NCBI GenBank assembly: GCA_964276515.1
Contig: OZ193910.1
Coordinates: 3,844,001-3,908,000 of the forward strand
Origin: Gordius albopunctatus
Taxonomy: Eukaryota
Direction of reading: 5' to 3'
DNA length: 64,000 nt
Shown: positions 1 through 12,900 of the stretch, in pieces
Position numbering within the stretch: the first letter of the stretch is position 1
Layout of the letters: each line of letters starts with the position of its first letter
The notes under the pieces: generated by a model
Databases searched by the model: none
Told to the model about the DNA's origin: nothing
The model's input: the letters and a program-made list of their open reading frames with translations, nothing else
Program-made: the position numbers and the translations under genes

Positions 1-59
1 AACAAAATTTTAAAACATGTTTGCCAGAAGTGAAAGCATTCGAAAAGAGGTAGATTCTA

Positions 60-262
60 ATAACGTTCAACTTGACTATTTCCCCCTCCTCTCATAGGCA
101 TTATCGCCCCTTCCCACCTATCTCACCCATAAATTGCATAGCAAATGTGCTACATTTATACGGAGTATGATGACTTTTGTAAAAACAATACCCCAAAATA
201 GGCGAATGTACCAAAACGAAAAAATGAACCTCAAGTCGGACATGGGCAAAGCCCCTGGTTCA
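60..262 (+). mobile_element. 3' end fragment of a Helentron/DINE-1-like (HINE) element
   Basis: Contains CCCATAAATTGCATAGCAAATGTGCTACATTTATACGGAGTA, a near reverse complement of sequence at ~29550-29630 and ~53375-53415. Ends near a GGGC-AAA-GCCC stem-loop (~245-255). Confidence 0.55.
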
Positions 263-886
263 TTAAATTACTTTTTAGGGAAAAGGGATGACATGTTTTT
301 ACTAAATTAGCCTATACATTTAAATTCTATTTTATTTCATTTCAGTTCCACCAACGTCAATAGAATGTAACACCATCTAAATTTGGCTGGACAAACTCAC
401 GACAATGCTAATATGTTTATTAATATTTTATTTAAGAGGAAATTTTTATTTTTATCACATATAGAACCCAGCAAAATCGACTTTCTTCTGCCCGAGTCCG
501 ACCCGACCTATCAATTTTTAATTTGCCCGATTCGAGCCTGAGATCCTTTCTAATTTTTGGCCCAGGGCCATTTTATATAAAAACCGTTGGAAAAATTTTA
601 TATTTAAAACTAATTTTTAAATATAAATATAAGATAATTTTTGATTGTTATTATTTGTAAAACAAGGATAAGTTTGGAATAAAAATTTTATTCGCTAAAA
701 TTTTTAAACTTATAAAATGTTAACCTAACAATCTCAACTTATAAAAGTGCATTTTTTAAATAATTTAAAATAAATAAGTTTTTTTAACACTTAAATGTAA
801 TTTATAATTACCAAATAATTAAGTATGTTGCATGCAAAAATATATAAAATTAATGAGCTGGCATCGATCCATGGATTGAGATTGTA

Positions 887-1459
887 TTAGATTTTACAAT
901 TCCCATGGTGATTTTCTGCTTGATGTAAAAGAATTCTTTGGGATCCTGTGTAATGGAGGCTACATATTTTGATATTTTTTTTTAGGAATTGGCTGCCCTC
1001 GGGACCTAAATTACCGAGGGTCGTGGCCACTACTGGTACAAAGATAATATTGCTGAGATATTTGTATTTTTCCACTTTATTTCTCTCAGTAGAAGAGATG
1101 AGGTCGGGAGAGGCGTTAGATTTGGCAAATATGTCCACTCCAGTGAAGTCCCAACAAGCGTTTAGGCCACGAGCCCACGGGATAATTGTTACACCGTCGG
1201 GTCTTTTACTGTTAATTAAGCTTAGGCCAGTGGGTTCCATTGAGTTGGGAAAGCCGGCTTTCTTCAAAAATGTTCCGATTATTTTATTTATTGAGGCATG
1301 ACGGGGATGCCGCTCCTTGCTGTATTGGCAGTGTAGAGAATGGTGGCCGTTTGCTAGAACTGGTTGGCGACAGAGGTCGCAATTGAATGGGGAGACAATG
1401 TCGCAGCCGAGACCTGGGCCTACAGCTACTCGAAGTTCCTCGCCCGACAAGTGTAACAC
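887..1459 (-). mobile_element. 5'-truncated CRE-like non-LTR retrotransposon fragment (zinc knuckle and RLE endonuclease)
   Basis: ORF has CDLC...H..HC...RH, then EPTGL...KRPDG..IPW..G...WDFT (PD-(D/E)xK restriction-like endonuclease). Homologous to 46617-47099. No RT domain; frameshifted near the 3' end. Confidence 0.8.
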
Positions 1460-4400
1460 TAGTATACACAGGGGGGAGAAGCTGGAGTTTAAAAGTTATA
1501 TTGTATACGATGCGCCAAAATACTTTATATCGAGTTGGGTTTATATAATTTTTATTTTATAAATGGGTTTCCTTGGGTTTAAATAAAGGCGAGCTCGGGG
1601 TTCGGGCCGGGCTGCCTCATCAGACCCGACCCATACCTATTTATCATTTTTTGCCTTAGCCCAGCCTGGGCTTGGCCCGACCCCGAAATTATTTTTTATT
1701 TTTGGCCCGACCCGAGCCTGAGCTTAGCCCGATTTTATTAATAAAAGATTTTTAGGCAAATTAAACCTTTAAAACTTAATTTTTATAAACAAAAAAATAT
1801 ATTGTTATTATTCTTAATCTACGACTAGAATAAATTTGGAATTATAAATCCATTTTCACATGCTACAATTTATTCAGCAAATGAATCAAACCTAAAATTC
1901 TAACTTTATAAAATGAATTTTATTTAATGGATTGGAATATAAAGCTTTTTGAAATATTTACAGATTTTATTTTTGAAGGTTTAATAGCTTCGATTGAGAT
2001 AAATAAATTCTATAATAAATTAGCGATTTTGAACAAAAATTTATTTTACAAGATTTATTATGTACGCTGTACAAAAATATTTATTTTATAACGAGTCATG
2101 AGTTAGTTGTTAAATTCAATTTCGCCCTGGCTCCGGCCTTGTAGGGCCTGATAGAGCGGCCCGATGGTCGAGCTTTGGGCTGTCTGTGCAGAGCTTACAT
2201 ACGCCCATGTATGTAGGAGTTAAATCAAAATTTGTTTTATTTTTATCTCCCCCCCCCCCCGTTGAATATTTTATATTGTAAAGTCACAATTATAAATAAT
2301 ATGCATTTTGAACTCTTGAATTATTTCTAAAAATCTAAAATATTCAATACATATAATTTTTGAGATTAGAATTTTTTCCCCCGATTACCTTTTTGAAAGT
2401 TCTCTCACGATTCGACATATTTTAATGGTATATTAAAAATATAATAATATTTTTATCTTCCTCTTACATATTTAGCATCGAATTAAACTAGTTTCATAAT
2501 AATATCGGTTGTTCCTTTTTCATTTATACACGCCCCTTCGTTAAAGCTTTTATCTAACCACAAGCTTCTATCAACAAGTCTGCACCGTCTGCACTCAGTG
2601 TTTCTATCATCATCTTTATTTCCCCAATCGCGATACACTTTGAGTTTATGTATTTTGATATGGTTACTTTATATCGAAAAAATGAAGAAATAAAATTATT
2701 TTCACGTGATATTTTCGCACAACACCTAGAAAACGATGACAAGTTGATATATAGAGATATTTTTTAATAATACGTGCTTGGACTTAAATTTTGTTCGTAA
2801 AACATGGCATTTTTTGCCGTAAAAAATTTATATCAGCTTTCGCTGAATACTACTGACAAATTACACCGAGACATTAGGTCATTTTTAACGACCGCTTTCC
2901 TTTATTTCCACGAAAATTTATCAATTTTATCTTTCAAAAAATGAAATAGAATTCGGAAAAATCGTTACACAAACAGCCCCACTCGTTTTAACAAAAATTT
3001 TCTGAAGCTGCAAAATCCTTTGGATTTGGAAGTCTACCAATATCGCCGTTTTAAGATATGAAATATTTTCAGCACCCATATCGCCTTCTTTTCCTGGTTT
3101 TTGTTACAATTCCTCATTTACCTCAACCCCATCACATGTTCCATTCCATCAAACATAAAGTAAGATTATTTTACATAAAAAAATCAATTCCATCAAATTT
3201 AAATAAAAATTTTACCAAAAATATAAATTTTTTAAAACTACTTTACCCTGTCTTACAGATTCCTACAGATGCATATTATCACCTTGTCAATAAATACATA
3301 ATTTTTAAAATTTCTACTATGTTAAATAAATTTTGAAATCTTCGAATCTAACTTGTAAACAATCCATAGTTTATTTTCATTTGACACTAGTAATACCTTA
3401 AAACGTAGGCGCCACACTGTCTACCTAGATGCCCCCCCCCCTTTATTTACTTTATTAATAAAATTGGTTATACCTTAACAATCGCTGCGCTTTAGTCATT
3501 TAGGCTATTTGATATCACATAATTTGTCACCTGTGCTGTTTGTCGTCTTAATTGTAAAAACACTTATCATTAACATCTACCCCCCCCTTTCCTTTTCACC
3601 TTAAACAAAGTATGTTTTTTTTCATTGAAAAATAAATTACTAGACCGAACGGCTCATCCTATCAAGCATAAAATCCCAGCCATTTTACACATCATACTGT
3701 TGTCACGAAGCATATTGTTTTATTGCGATATCCACTCTCTCCCTATAAAATAATTTATGCTGCTTCACAACATAGGCGGCGACACTAAGTCTAGCTGAAC
3801 AAAAAATGTTTTAAATGTTTACCTGTAGGGGAGATATAAATTTTGTGATATAGTGTAGTAGAGATGTGCTTGTGGATAGTCACATAGATGGGCATATCCA
3901 GATTTTGGATTGGGGGGAGGGGGCGAAACCTTTAAAAGTTCAATTAGGGGGGGGGGGACAAGGCATAAATTTTTTTAATTTTAAAGGTTTTTTTTTTGTT
4001 TTTACTAATAAAAAAATTTTATTAAATGAAATTTGCATTGTTAAAATTTTTCTGGCGGGTTTAGTTTTATGCGCCACCATGCAGTTATTAAGTGAAATTG
4101 CTAGGGATAGAGGGGTATATTATAATCCCTACGTTAAGATTTCGTCAAAATTAAAAAACATTAAACTCAAATTTTATTATGTGAAAAATAAAGGAAATAA
4201 TAAAAACATCTCTACATCAATGTATCTTCGTTTTAATAACATTAAATCCGAGAATTAAAATAATAGAATTTGATCAAGGGGCTTGAATATAAATTCAATC
4301 CACATGCTTTAAATTAATGCTTGCGTAATTAACTATCCCTATGTTTCAGATAAATGAAATACTTTTTTTCCATTACATTTAGATGAAATTTGCCATTACC

Positions 4401-5255
4401 GACAATAATCAATATATAATTGAACATCTTTGTTTTTATTGAAAGGACGAGATTAACTTAGTTTAACTTGAATTGAAAATTGAGTAAAAATCCTTAAAGT
4501 GTACTCTAATCGCTTCACACCTTGTTAAAGAGATTGCCTTTTATTGTCATCAAAAGTCGCTCGATATTAAAATAAAATGAATTCATTATCGAACGAATTA
4601 TTTTGAATAATATATTCGAGTACTAAACTCATTTACAAAAAATTTGCAAAAAAAACAAAGTATGAAATAATTCAAGCAAATTTTTACCAATAATTATTTA
4701 TAACATCAAAGTTATAATAGGTTTTCATTTAAAATTAATTAATTGAAGTTGTTCGACCCAATCATGTCAACAAAATATTTATGTTTTCCTATACTCCGAT
4801 ATTTGTTTTATAACATCAACAAAACCTAGTTTTAATAAAAAGCTTACTTTTCAAATGATTATTACTTGACCCTCACATCTTTGTAACTAATGATAGAACT
4901 CATTTTTTTATACTCCTCATAAGACATCAAGTACATTTTAGCTTTTTTCCTGATCAGCTTTTTTTTGAAGAGCTTTATTTTTGAACAGAAACGATTTTAT
5001 AATGGTCACAAGTGGACTGAGATATTAGAAGAACCCCTTTCCTCCCACTTTCTTGATCAATCCGAAGTGACCAATAATAAAACCACCTTCCTTTTATTAA
5101 AATAATCATTATCCTAATCAATAATTATATGGCCGCTTAAGAAGTTATTGATTAGATTGTCAAAATAATGCGAAAATAATTGATTGAATCTTATTATTTT
5201 GAATGTATTTTTGCAGAAAAACCTAATTGATAAATTTATATTTTGTAGAAAATAG

Positions 5256-5396
5256 CTAGGCATAAAGGCTTTAACATGAGAAAATCTTTTTTTAATCAAA
5301 CGTGCGAAACAAATCCCACGGAATGCTTATCCTGGTACAAGTCATCGCCTTCCTTTAAAGATGCCTTGCCCAATTACGTCAAAACCATATGCAAAA
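5256..5396 (+). CDS. Candidate upstream coding exon of the SMOC-like gene
   Basis: AG|CT...A|GTATGA, open frame RHKGFNMRKSFFNQTCETNPTECLSWYKSSPSFKDALPNYVKTICK. The phase-1 end matches the phase-1 start of the exon at 9991. Alternative acceptor at 5248. Confidence 0.45.
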
Positions 5397-6752
5397 GTAT
5401 GAATCACATTGTATTTAAATAATATATTCTTGTTTAAAGGTTGTCAACTTTATATTTTTAAATCTATAATAATTTTAACTTTACCCCCATTTAAAGTTTA
5501 TGTGAATTTAAATGAAATTTTTGGGGAATATAACTATTACTGACAACAGCCATGCTCCTAATTTAATTTGTTATTATTTTTAATATTGAACTTTGGCGTT
5601 AAAGTCTTGAGTTAATAAATGATTTTTTTTAACGTAATAAAATTTTTTATTAAATGAAACTATAAACAAAATGATTACATATTAACAATAATATGAAAGA
5701 GACAGTATATTAATTAGTGTTTTAAATAATGCAAAAAGACGATAAAAAGGTGGTTTATTAAATTTCTCAACTGCGCGAGACCTTAAACAGGGATTTACTA
5801 TAAATTGAAATATTAGTTATATTATTTTATTGTTCCCCTGTAGTTTTTTAATATATAATATATAAACCAATTGAATTTTATTAGATTAATAATTTAACAA
5901 TATACTGCTATTATACCTAAAATAAAAAAATTCTTTTTTAAGCAGTTCTAGTAATTTTATAATTAAACGCATATTTAAAGTTAATGCACCCTAGAAATTC
6001 ATTTTGTAGTGTTAATGCTAACAATGTCTGGTGTTGCGGTCTTTGCCTAAAAGAATTCCCCAATCTTCTCCAAACTAGAGCTACATAACGTGCTTGTACG
6101 ATATGTTTATCAGCTGTTGTAATAATTTAATATAAGTTATGACTTTGCAATGGGAATAAACGAATTTTATGCCAATTGTGTTGAAACCAAATCCTATTAA
6201 TGATGTTTTGCGTTATAAATATATGTGTTGTAAATAAATTACTAATCTGGCACAAAAATAATATTTTGAATCATTTTTAAAAGGTTTTTTTAAAATATTA
6301 TTCCTGATATTTTTGGCTGGCCCTGTCTGAATTTTTTTTATCTCTACCCAAATTTGGTGCGTCTCAAAAAATATTATATATAATATATGGTGACAAATTA
6401 CTTTGCCATTAAAATAAGACTTAATAATAATTAAATAAAAAACTGATTGCAGGATTAATATTAAAACACATAACATAAAGACCTGTGTGCAAATTAGAGG
6501 TGTGCATCCGATCCGAGGGATTTTTGAAAAATTTTATATCCATCCGATCCGAGTTTTAAAAAATCTAAATCCGATACGATCCGATCCGAGTTTTTTAAAA
6601 TCTAAATCCGGTCCGATCCGAAATTTGTAAATTAAAATTTTACGAACAGAACTTTTTTTTGATGATTAAATTCAAAATACATAAAAATAAGGTATAGCAA
6701 TTTTAATAGACCTGAAATAAATATAAAATTTTATTTGAATAATTCCATATTA

Positions 6753-7218
6753 TCATAAAAATGATAAAGAAACTAAATTTTCTGGTTTAATTAGCGTTCT
6801 TGTTTCTTGTAATGTTCTTCCAGCCACCGAGAAATTTCTTTCCGAAGTGGTAGAGGTAGCAGGTATAGCTAAAACTTTATTTGCCAGCTTATAAAGCCTT
6901 GGCTGTACTGTTTGATATGAAACCCACCTCCGCGAAAGGTTTGGTAACAAATTTGTCAATTGTATTTTTAGCTGAAGTTTTTGGAATACATTTATGATGC
7001 AAAAGATGGGAACTACCTCGAATGGAATTATATTTGCAGATATGATGGCATTTACTGCAGATAACATAACCGGTGTATGTATTATTTTCATTTAGAAAGT
7101 CAAAGTAACTCCAAATTTGACTTTTTCCGTCTTCTTTTTTAACTTGTTGAAGCATATTTCTTTTAAATTTTTTTATTATTTCTTCCATGACGAGTTTTCC
7201 TTTTAATATGATAAACAA
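6753..7218 (-). pseudogene. hAT transposase remnant: BED zinc finger joined out of frame to the C-terminal dimerization domain
   Basis: Frame 1 reads SQIWSYF...VICSKCHHICKY...GSSHLLHHKC. Frame 2 reads PRLYKLANKVLAIPATSTTSERNFSVAG. The intervening catalytic region is missing; junction near 6930. Confidence 0.85.
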
Positions 7219-7262
7219 TATTGTTGTATTTGCTAGCTGTTACGAATCTCAATGATTATTTC

Positions 7263-8842
7263 TAGTTATGCGGAAAAACCCAAAAAATCTCGGTCTCGTC
7301 TCACGAGAATTTGAAAAATGGAGTCGAGATCGAGAGAGATTTTTTCGGTGAGATCTCGACTTTTTATTGATCGTTAGATTTTAGTAAATTATTGTGTATT
7401 TTAATTTGCATGATTTACATTTAAGTGTAAATCAATATGTATGGAATATATTTGATATTAAAAAAATTCCTACGTGTAGTAAATATTATATATTTTTGCA
7501 AAAAATTTAAAATTTGCCAATTATTTACCTAAGTAAGGTTTATATCTTTATCACATATTTGTATCCATAGCATTATTAAATATTAAAAATTTTAGGCTTA
7601 GAATGAGTTCTGATGGAATAGTAAATATTACTACTATATTTATATTTTGCAATTACTCATCCTGCATCATGCGGTAATTATAAATTAGTAGTCAATCAGT
7701 TTGAATAAGTGGCTCTAGATTTTTGAGCACCCGCCTAACGTAGATTAAATCTAAATCATGGATTTTAAAAAAAGTTTTTATGCTTCAACTAATAGTATAC
7801 CTCCCAAATTTTTGAATTTTAATAAGACATTATGTGAATATATAGTTTTGTCATATGCAATACTTTTCACATTATACACTGGGTTGGCAGGTGCATTTAA
7901 ATATATTGTGTTTCCATAATTGTGCAATATAAAATAAATACACGAACCTATACTGTATTCGATAAATAACTATTTAATGGCAAAGTTAGTTGGAATTGGA
8001 AGGTAATTAGTTGGAATATAAATTTGATTATAATGATTTCTGTCATAAATTTAAATACGTGCAATTTAAAGTATAATGCTGCATATAATTGATGATGGTA
8101 ACAATTAGAGTTGTTAAATTGCTAACTTTCTTCAAACTCCAAACGCGAGCACGCACACTGAGTTGCTTAATATGCGCGTTAACACAATATGTGCTCGCTG
8201 TTTGGTGCATTAGGCAGAACAGTAGCATATAAAAATGCTCGAGGGCCGAGCAGAAACTCGAGCAGATTGGTAGCTGGAGTTTAAGAAATTTAGCAATTTA
8301 ACAACTCTAGTAACAATAGACTTAGTCTATTAAGAAGCTTCAGCCAGGGTTAATAAAGGGTCTCAATTTTCTCAATTATGCAACTATAAGCGAACGTATT
8401 ATTAAGTCTATTTATAGTTGACAAAAACAGTGAATTTGATACAAATGTTATAATTTGCTAGAACAATCACATTTAATTTTCTATACTTCAAATTTATTTA
8501 TAGTCTTTGTCTGCACTTTCTATAGAAAATTTCATCTTTATGAATTAATTCATATCTTTATATTGTCAATGAGATGTCGTGTCCCGCTAAATCTTTGAAA
8601 AGTTTGTGTATTAAAGTTTCTTAAAAATATAAAAATTTGCCATTTGGATTTTTTAACACTTTTTTAATAATTTTAAAAAAAATAGGAGAAATTTTTATTA
8701 AGTATGTATTTTTTTAAAAAGTCGAGACGAGAGGAGATCGAGATTTTTCTAGACCGAGAAGAGACGAGATCGAGATTTTCATTATCGCTCCCGAGACGAG
8801 ACGAGATTTTGTTTTCGAGATCGAGACGAGACCAAAACACTA
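7263..8842. mobile_element. Non-autonomous hAT-type element nested in 6495-9396
   Basis: 8-bp TSD ATTATTTC (7255-7262 and 8843-8850), TAGT...ACTA termini, inverted subterminal TCTCG/CGAGA repeats. Confidence 0.85.
8106..8309. mobile_element. hAT-type MITE nested in 7263-8842
   Basis: ~35-bp TIR beginning TAGAGTTGTTAAATTGCTAA; perfect 8-bp TSD GTAACAAT (8098-8105 and 8310-8317). Confidence 0.9.
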
Positions 8843-9460
8843 ATTATTTCCAACACCACCACCCCCCCCCCCATTATTTTTCCCCCTCAAGTCAGCATGA
8901 CCCACACCATCTCGTCAACGACAATACCCCTGCACCATAGAGATTGCTTCTAAGAAGGCAAGCTACATCATTCATGATTACCCAGAATCAAGAGGGAAGG
9001 GAGCTACGCGTGTGCTTTAAGGAAAGGGGAGATTGTGATTGATGATTTTCGGAGTTGAGTTGAGATAGAAAGAGATGCGTGTGCTAAAAAGGAAACGGGA
9101 GATGCTGATTTATCATTGACACTAGCTCCTTTCTCGCCAAACAAGAAAGTCTAGCTAGGAGAAAAACGCTAGGGAAATACTGATAAATATGTTAGGGTAA
9201 GTAAGGTGAGAGGTGGTATTGTATTGGGCATCAAAAATGGTAAAGTAAAAAAAGAATGCAAAGATAATTATGAAAAATTATTGTTTATTTTAAATTTGAA
9301 AATCCGATCCGATCCGACTTCCAAAATTAAAATGTTGATCCGATCCGAGTTCGGACGGATCGGATATCGGATCGGATTGATCTGTGCACACCTCTAGCAA
9401 ATACAGTATATTTGCTATAATGTATTTGGCGATTTGTATTTTTAAACCTTGTACTGTGAG

Positions 9461-9595
9461 CATGGGCGTAGCCAGGTTTTGGATTAGGGGGGGGGGCAAA
9501 ACGTTCAAAAGTTCAATCAGGGGGGGACGTAATTTTTTTTTACTTTTTAAGGGTTTTTGCATTGGAATTTTTTTTTCGACATTTAGACGCCCATG
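9461..9595. mobile_element. G-tract MITE (CATGGGCGTAGCC family)
   Basis: Termini CATGGGCGT...ACGCCCATG; perfect 8-bp TSD ACTGTGAG. Confidence 0.9.
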
Positions 9596-9990
9596 ACTGT
9601 GAGTGTCGAATAAGCGTAAAACGGTTTGTTAGAATATTACAATATTTTTATTGGTGGATTATTATAATAGTGTGGCTATCACTATAAATTAGGTAAAAAT
9701 AGCAGCATGTTTATATCATAATTGACAAGGAAAATTCCTCACAACATTTGTACAATAAAAGGACAATTAATTTAACTTCATTTATCAATAATGGTATACA
9801 CAGTTGTTCATGTATTTTCTGCAAATACTGACTATTGGATAACTCTAGCTAGACTATATTTAAAAAAAAAGAAAATTTTGAGAAATATGGCAATTAAAGC
9901 AATATTTAATGAATATCTTGCTAAGAATTCAATGTTTACACACTTCAATTTTTTTTAAAAATACCGATAATAATCTAATATGTATTTTAG

Positions 9991-12900
9991 ATAAACAACC
10001 CAAGTGCGTATGTGAACGAGATACCACGATGAAAGTGGTGGAAGATAAGTTAATAACCAACACCTTCATACCCGAATGCAAATCCGACGGCACTTACAAT
10101 GAAACTCAATGCCACACCGATACGGGTTATTGCTGGTGCGTCGATCCCAACGGAGAACCCATCGTGGGGAGCGCCACCACTAATCAAAAGCCATCGTGCA
10201 ATAGTATATATATATATATGATTTATAAGGGCCTAGGCAGGGGGGGGGGGCTGCACCCCTCTAAATCCAAAAATTCGCTAAAATTTGATCATCTCTCTAA
10301 ATCATTATTGCTCCCCCCTCTGATTCGAATCCTGCCTACCCCCATAATAATATATGTATTCCTAAATTTTATGTCGCATTTACTTAGGCACACGATGTTG
10401 AGACAAACGCTACATATAGCCTGATTTTGTTATATATGAAGTAATTTTTTCCCTTCAAATTTAAAGGTTAACCGCAGCAATCTTTCTCGGCTTCTCCCTG
10501 TCTACGCCTATAAAGTTATTAACTTAATTTTTACTTTAGGAGAGATACAAGCCTTTAAATAGTTCTTAATCCAATTTTAATGTGGGGTAGATTAAAGGCA
10601 ACAATTTTTAAGTAGTTTTTATGGAAATGTAGATAATATATATAATAGTCAAATTCCTTATATAACATAATATTTCACAACATTTGATAGAAGTATAAAA
10701 AATTAATTATGGGCTATATAAATTTTCCATGTATCTGGCTGGTGGCGTATCACTTGACAACATTTTATTCATACAGGTTACTGATTAAAGGAGTAAGTTT
10801 GCTATTATTTTATCGAAAAAAAATAAAATAAATTTAAAGAATTAATTAATTTTTATAGTTAGGAGCAAAATGGCTCGAAACGTGAGGGGTGGTAGGCGGC
10901 GAAGGAAAAGGGGCTGTTCTCGGAAGGAAAGAGCTACTTTTAACCGCAGAATTATCAAATCTTTCATCCGAGAATACGAAGATTCCACCAAAAGTATGTA
11001 TTTTCATTAAAATAATAAGAATTGTTATATCCTGCTCTAGATTTCAAAGCCCAAATTTTGTAAAGAAAAATATTCGATTCGATAATTGTCAATACTTAAA
11101 AGGAATTTGAATTCGAAATGAATGAATTTGAATTCGAATCATAGACTAATAGACTGCTCATTCCCTTTTAAAAAGTGTACCCCATTTTGGCAGCCATTTT
11201 AATAAGTGAAACAGGAATTTTGGCAAATTTATATGGTTTGATAAATTTTTAAAATCGCTATGATGATTAAAATGGGTTGTTTCATGTTATAAGATCAATG
11301 ATTATTGTCCAATGTAATCCATCGCTATACAAACTCTACTTCACTTATTAAAATACGGGTGGTTTTGGCAACACTTTTGATGCGTGAATATATAAGAGAT
11401 GAGGAGTCTATTAGTCTATGATTCAAATCAATAAAAAACATTTGTAAAAACAATATTTATTAATGTAGGAAATTAATGATAACGGGAAAGATAACTAAAT
11501 TGTGGCAAGATAAAAACAGATTTAAAATAACTTAGAAATAACTTAATTTTTCTTGATTCGATTCTAATTCAAGAATCTCAGACATAAATATTCGTTCAAC
11601 TTTACATATCGAAGCGAATCTCTGATATTTCCCTAAGGCGTCGTTAAAGTATTTAAAAATTGGTATCACTATATGGCCTCCTTAAGAGAAGCGATTTCTT
11701 ACAATTGAATGGTTCAATATTTTGTATTTTACCTACATATTCAAAGAAATATTTTAAAACACTAATTGATTGATACTATATCAGGCATGGCCTAGGCTCT
11801 TTTTGATTGATTTTACATGCTCAAATTTAATATTGCCTATATTACAACATGACAATTTAGAAACTTTTGTTTACCTTATAAAATAGTAATAAAACTATTT
11901 AAAAATCGAAAATCGCTATAACAACATAAATTCATGATATTGGGCATTTTTTATTGTCGAAGATTTATTTTGTAAAATTAATATGTTTTGTATATAAATT
12001 TGTCATATGGAGAAAAAAAACGAGACTATTATAATTGTGCATTTTATTGTAATAGTCAATGTTGATTTTTGTCGCTCTTTTCAAAACAGATCAAACCATA
12101 TATATATTGAGACGACGGAAAAAATCTCGTCTATCTAAAAACGAAAAAAAGGCTATAATAAAGTGGAAATTCAATAAAACTGACGGTGATAACAATGGCC
12201 AACTGACCAGAAGAGAATTAAAACCGCTCAAAAAATTCTTTAAGCGTTCGATAAAACCCAGGGCATGCGCCAAAAGTTTTGACTTCGACTGCGACATAGA
12301 TAGGAACAGGAGGATTTCTTTAACTGAATGGACTACTTGTTTTACCGTTTATCAAAGCAGTAAACAACTATAATATGCAAAAAAATTTCAATCTTAAGAA
12401 TTTGAGAGTGTCAAAATTGGTAAAACACAATTTAAATATAATTAATCTTAATTATTAAGAGTAAACAAAAGTTTTAATGTATTTAAACTCAGTAATTTGC
12501 ACCTTTATAATTTTTGGTCATACTGTTTTTTAATACATAGAAAAATTGATGAAATATACGAGTTTTTAAAGTTTTTTAGTCGTGAATTAAGTTTCTTTCT
12601 TCTTTATCGTGTTGAAAATCCCACAGACGTGGGGTACGTTTTCAGCAGCCTCTTCCATCTGAGTCGCGTAAATGCCATGCCAATTTCCATCTGTTTGACG
12701 TCCATATCCTTTTCGACCAGTCGTTTCCAGGTGGCACGTGGTCTGCCCCTTCCTCTTCTTCCAGGCACTTCCATCTCCAGCGTTCGCGACATCGTCTTCT
12801 TCTCTTCGTAATACATGGCCGTACCACTGCAGTCGATTTTCTCTTAAGAAGTCCTTCGTCGCTTGTATACCCATCTTTGTCATCAAGGATTCGTTCGTCA

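Larger units (their letters stand above)
6495..9396 (-). mobile_element. Internally deleted hAT transposon with nested insertions
   Basis: TIR TAGAGGTGTGCA / TGCACACCTCTA, subterminal (ATCCG)n repeats at both ends, flanked by GCAAAT on both sides. Carries BED-finger and hAT C-terminal dimerization fragments. Confidence 0.9.

Noticed and set aside
460..2200. CCCGA/GGGCC-rich remnants on both sides of the CRE fragment (similar pieces at ~28920-29000 and ~43740-43850)
   Set aside because: Probably decayed hAT MITEs, but termini and TSDs cannot be fixed, so no precise feature is called.
2554..3300. Coding-like minus-strand stretches (ORF 2554-2742 and neighbours)
   Set aside because: In-frame stops, no consistent exon chain and no recognisable family; at most an old pseudogene.
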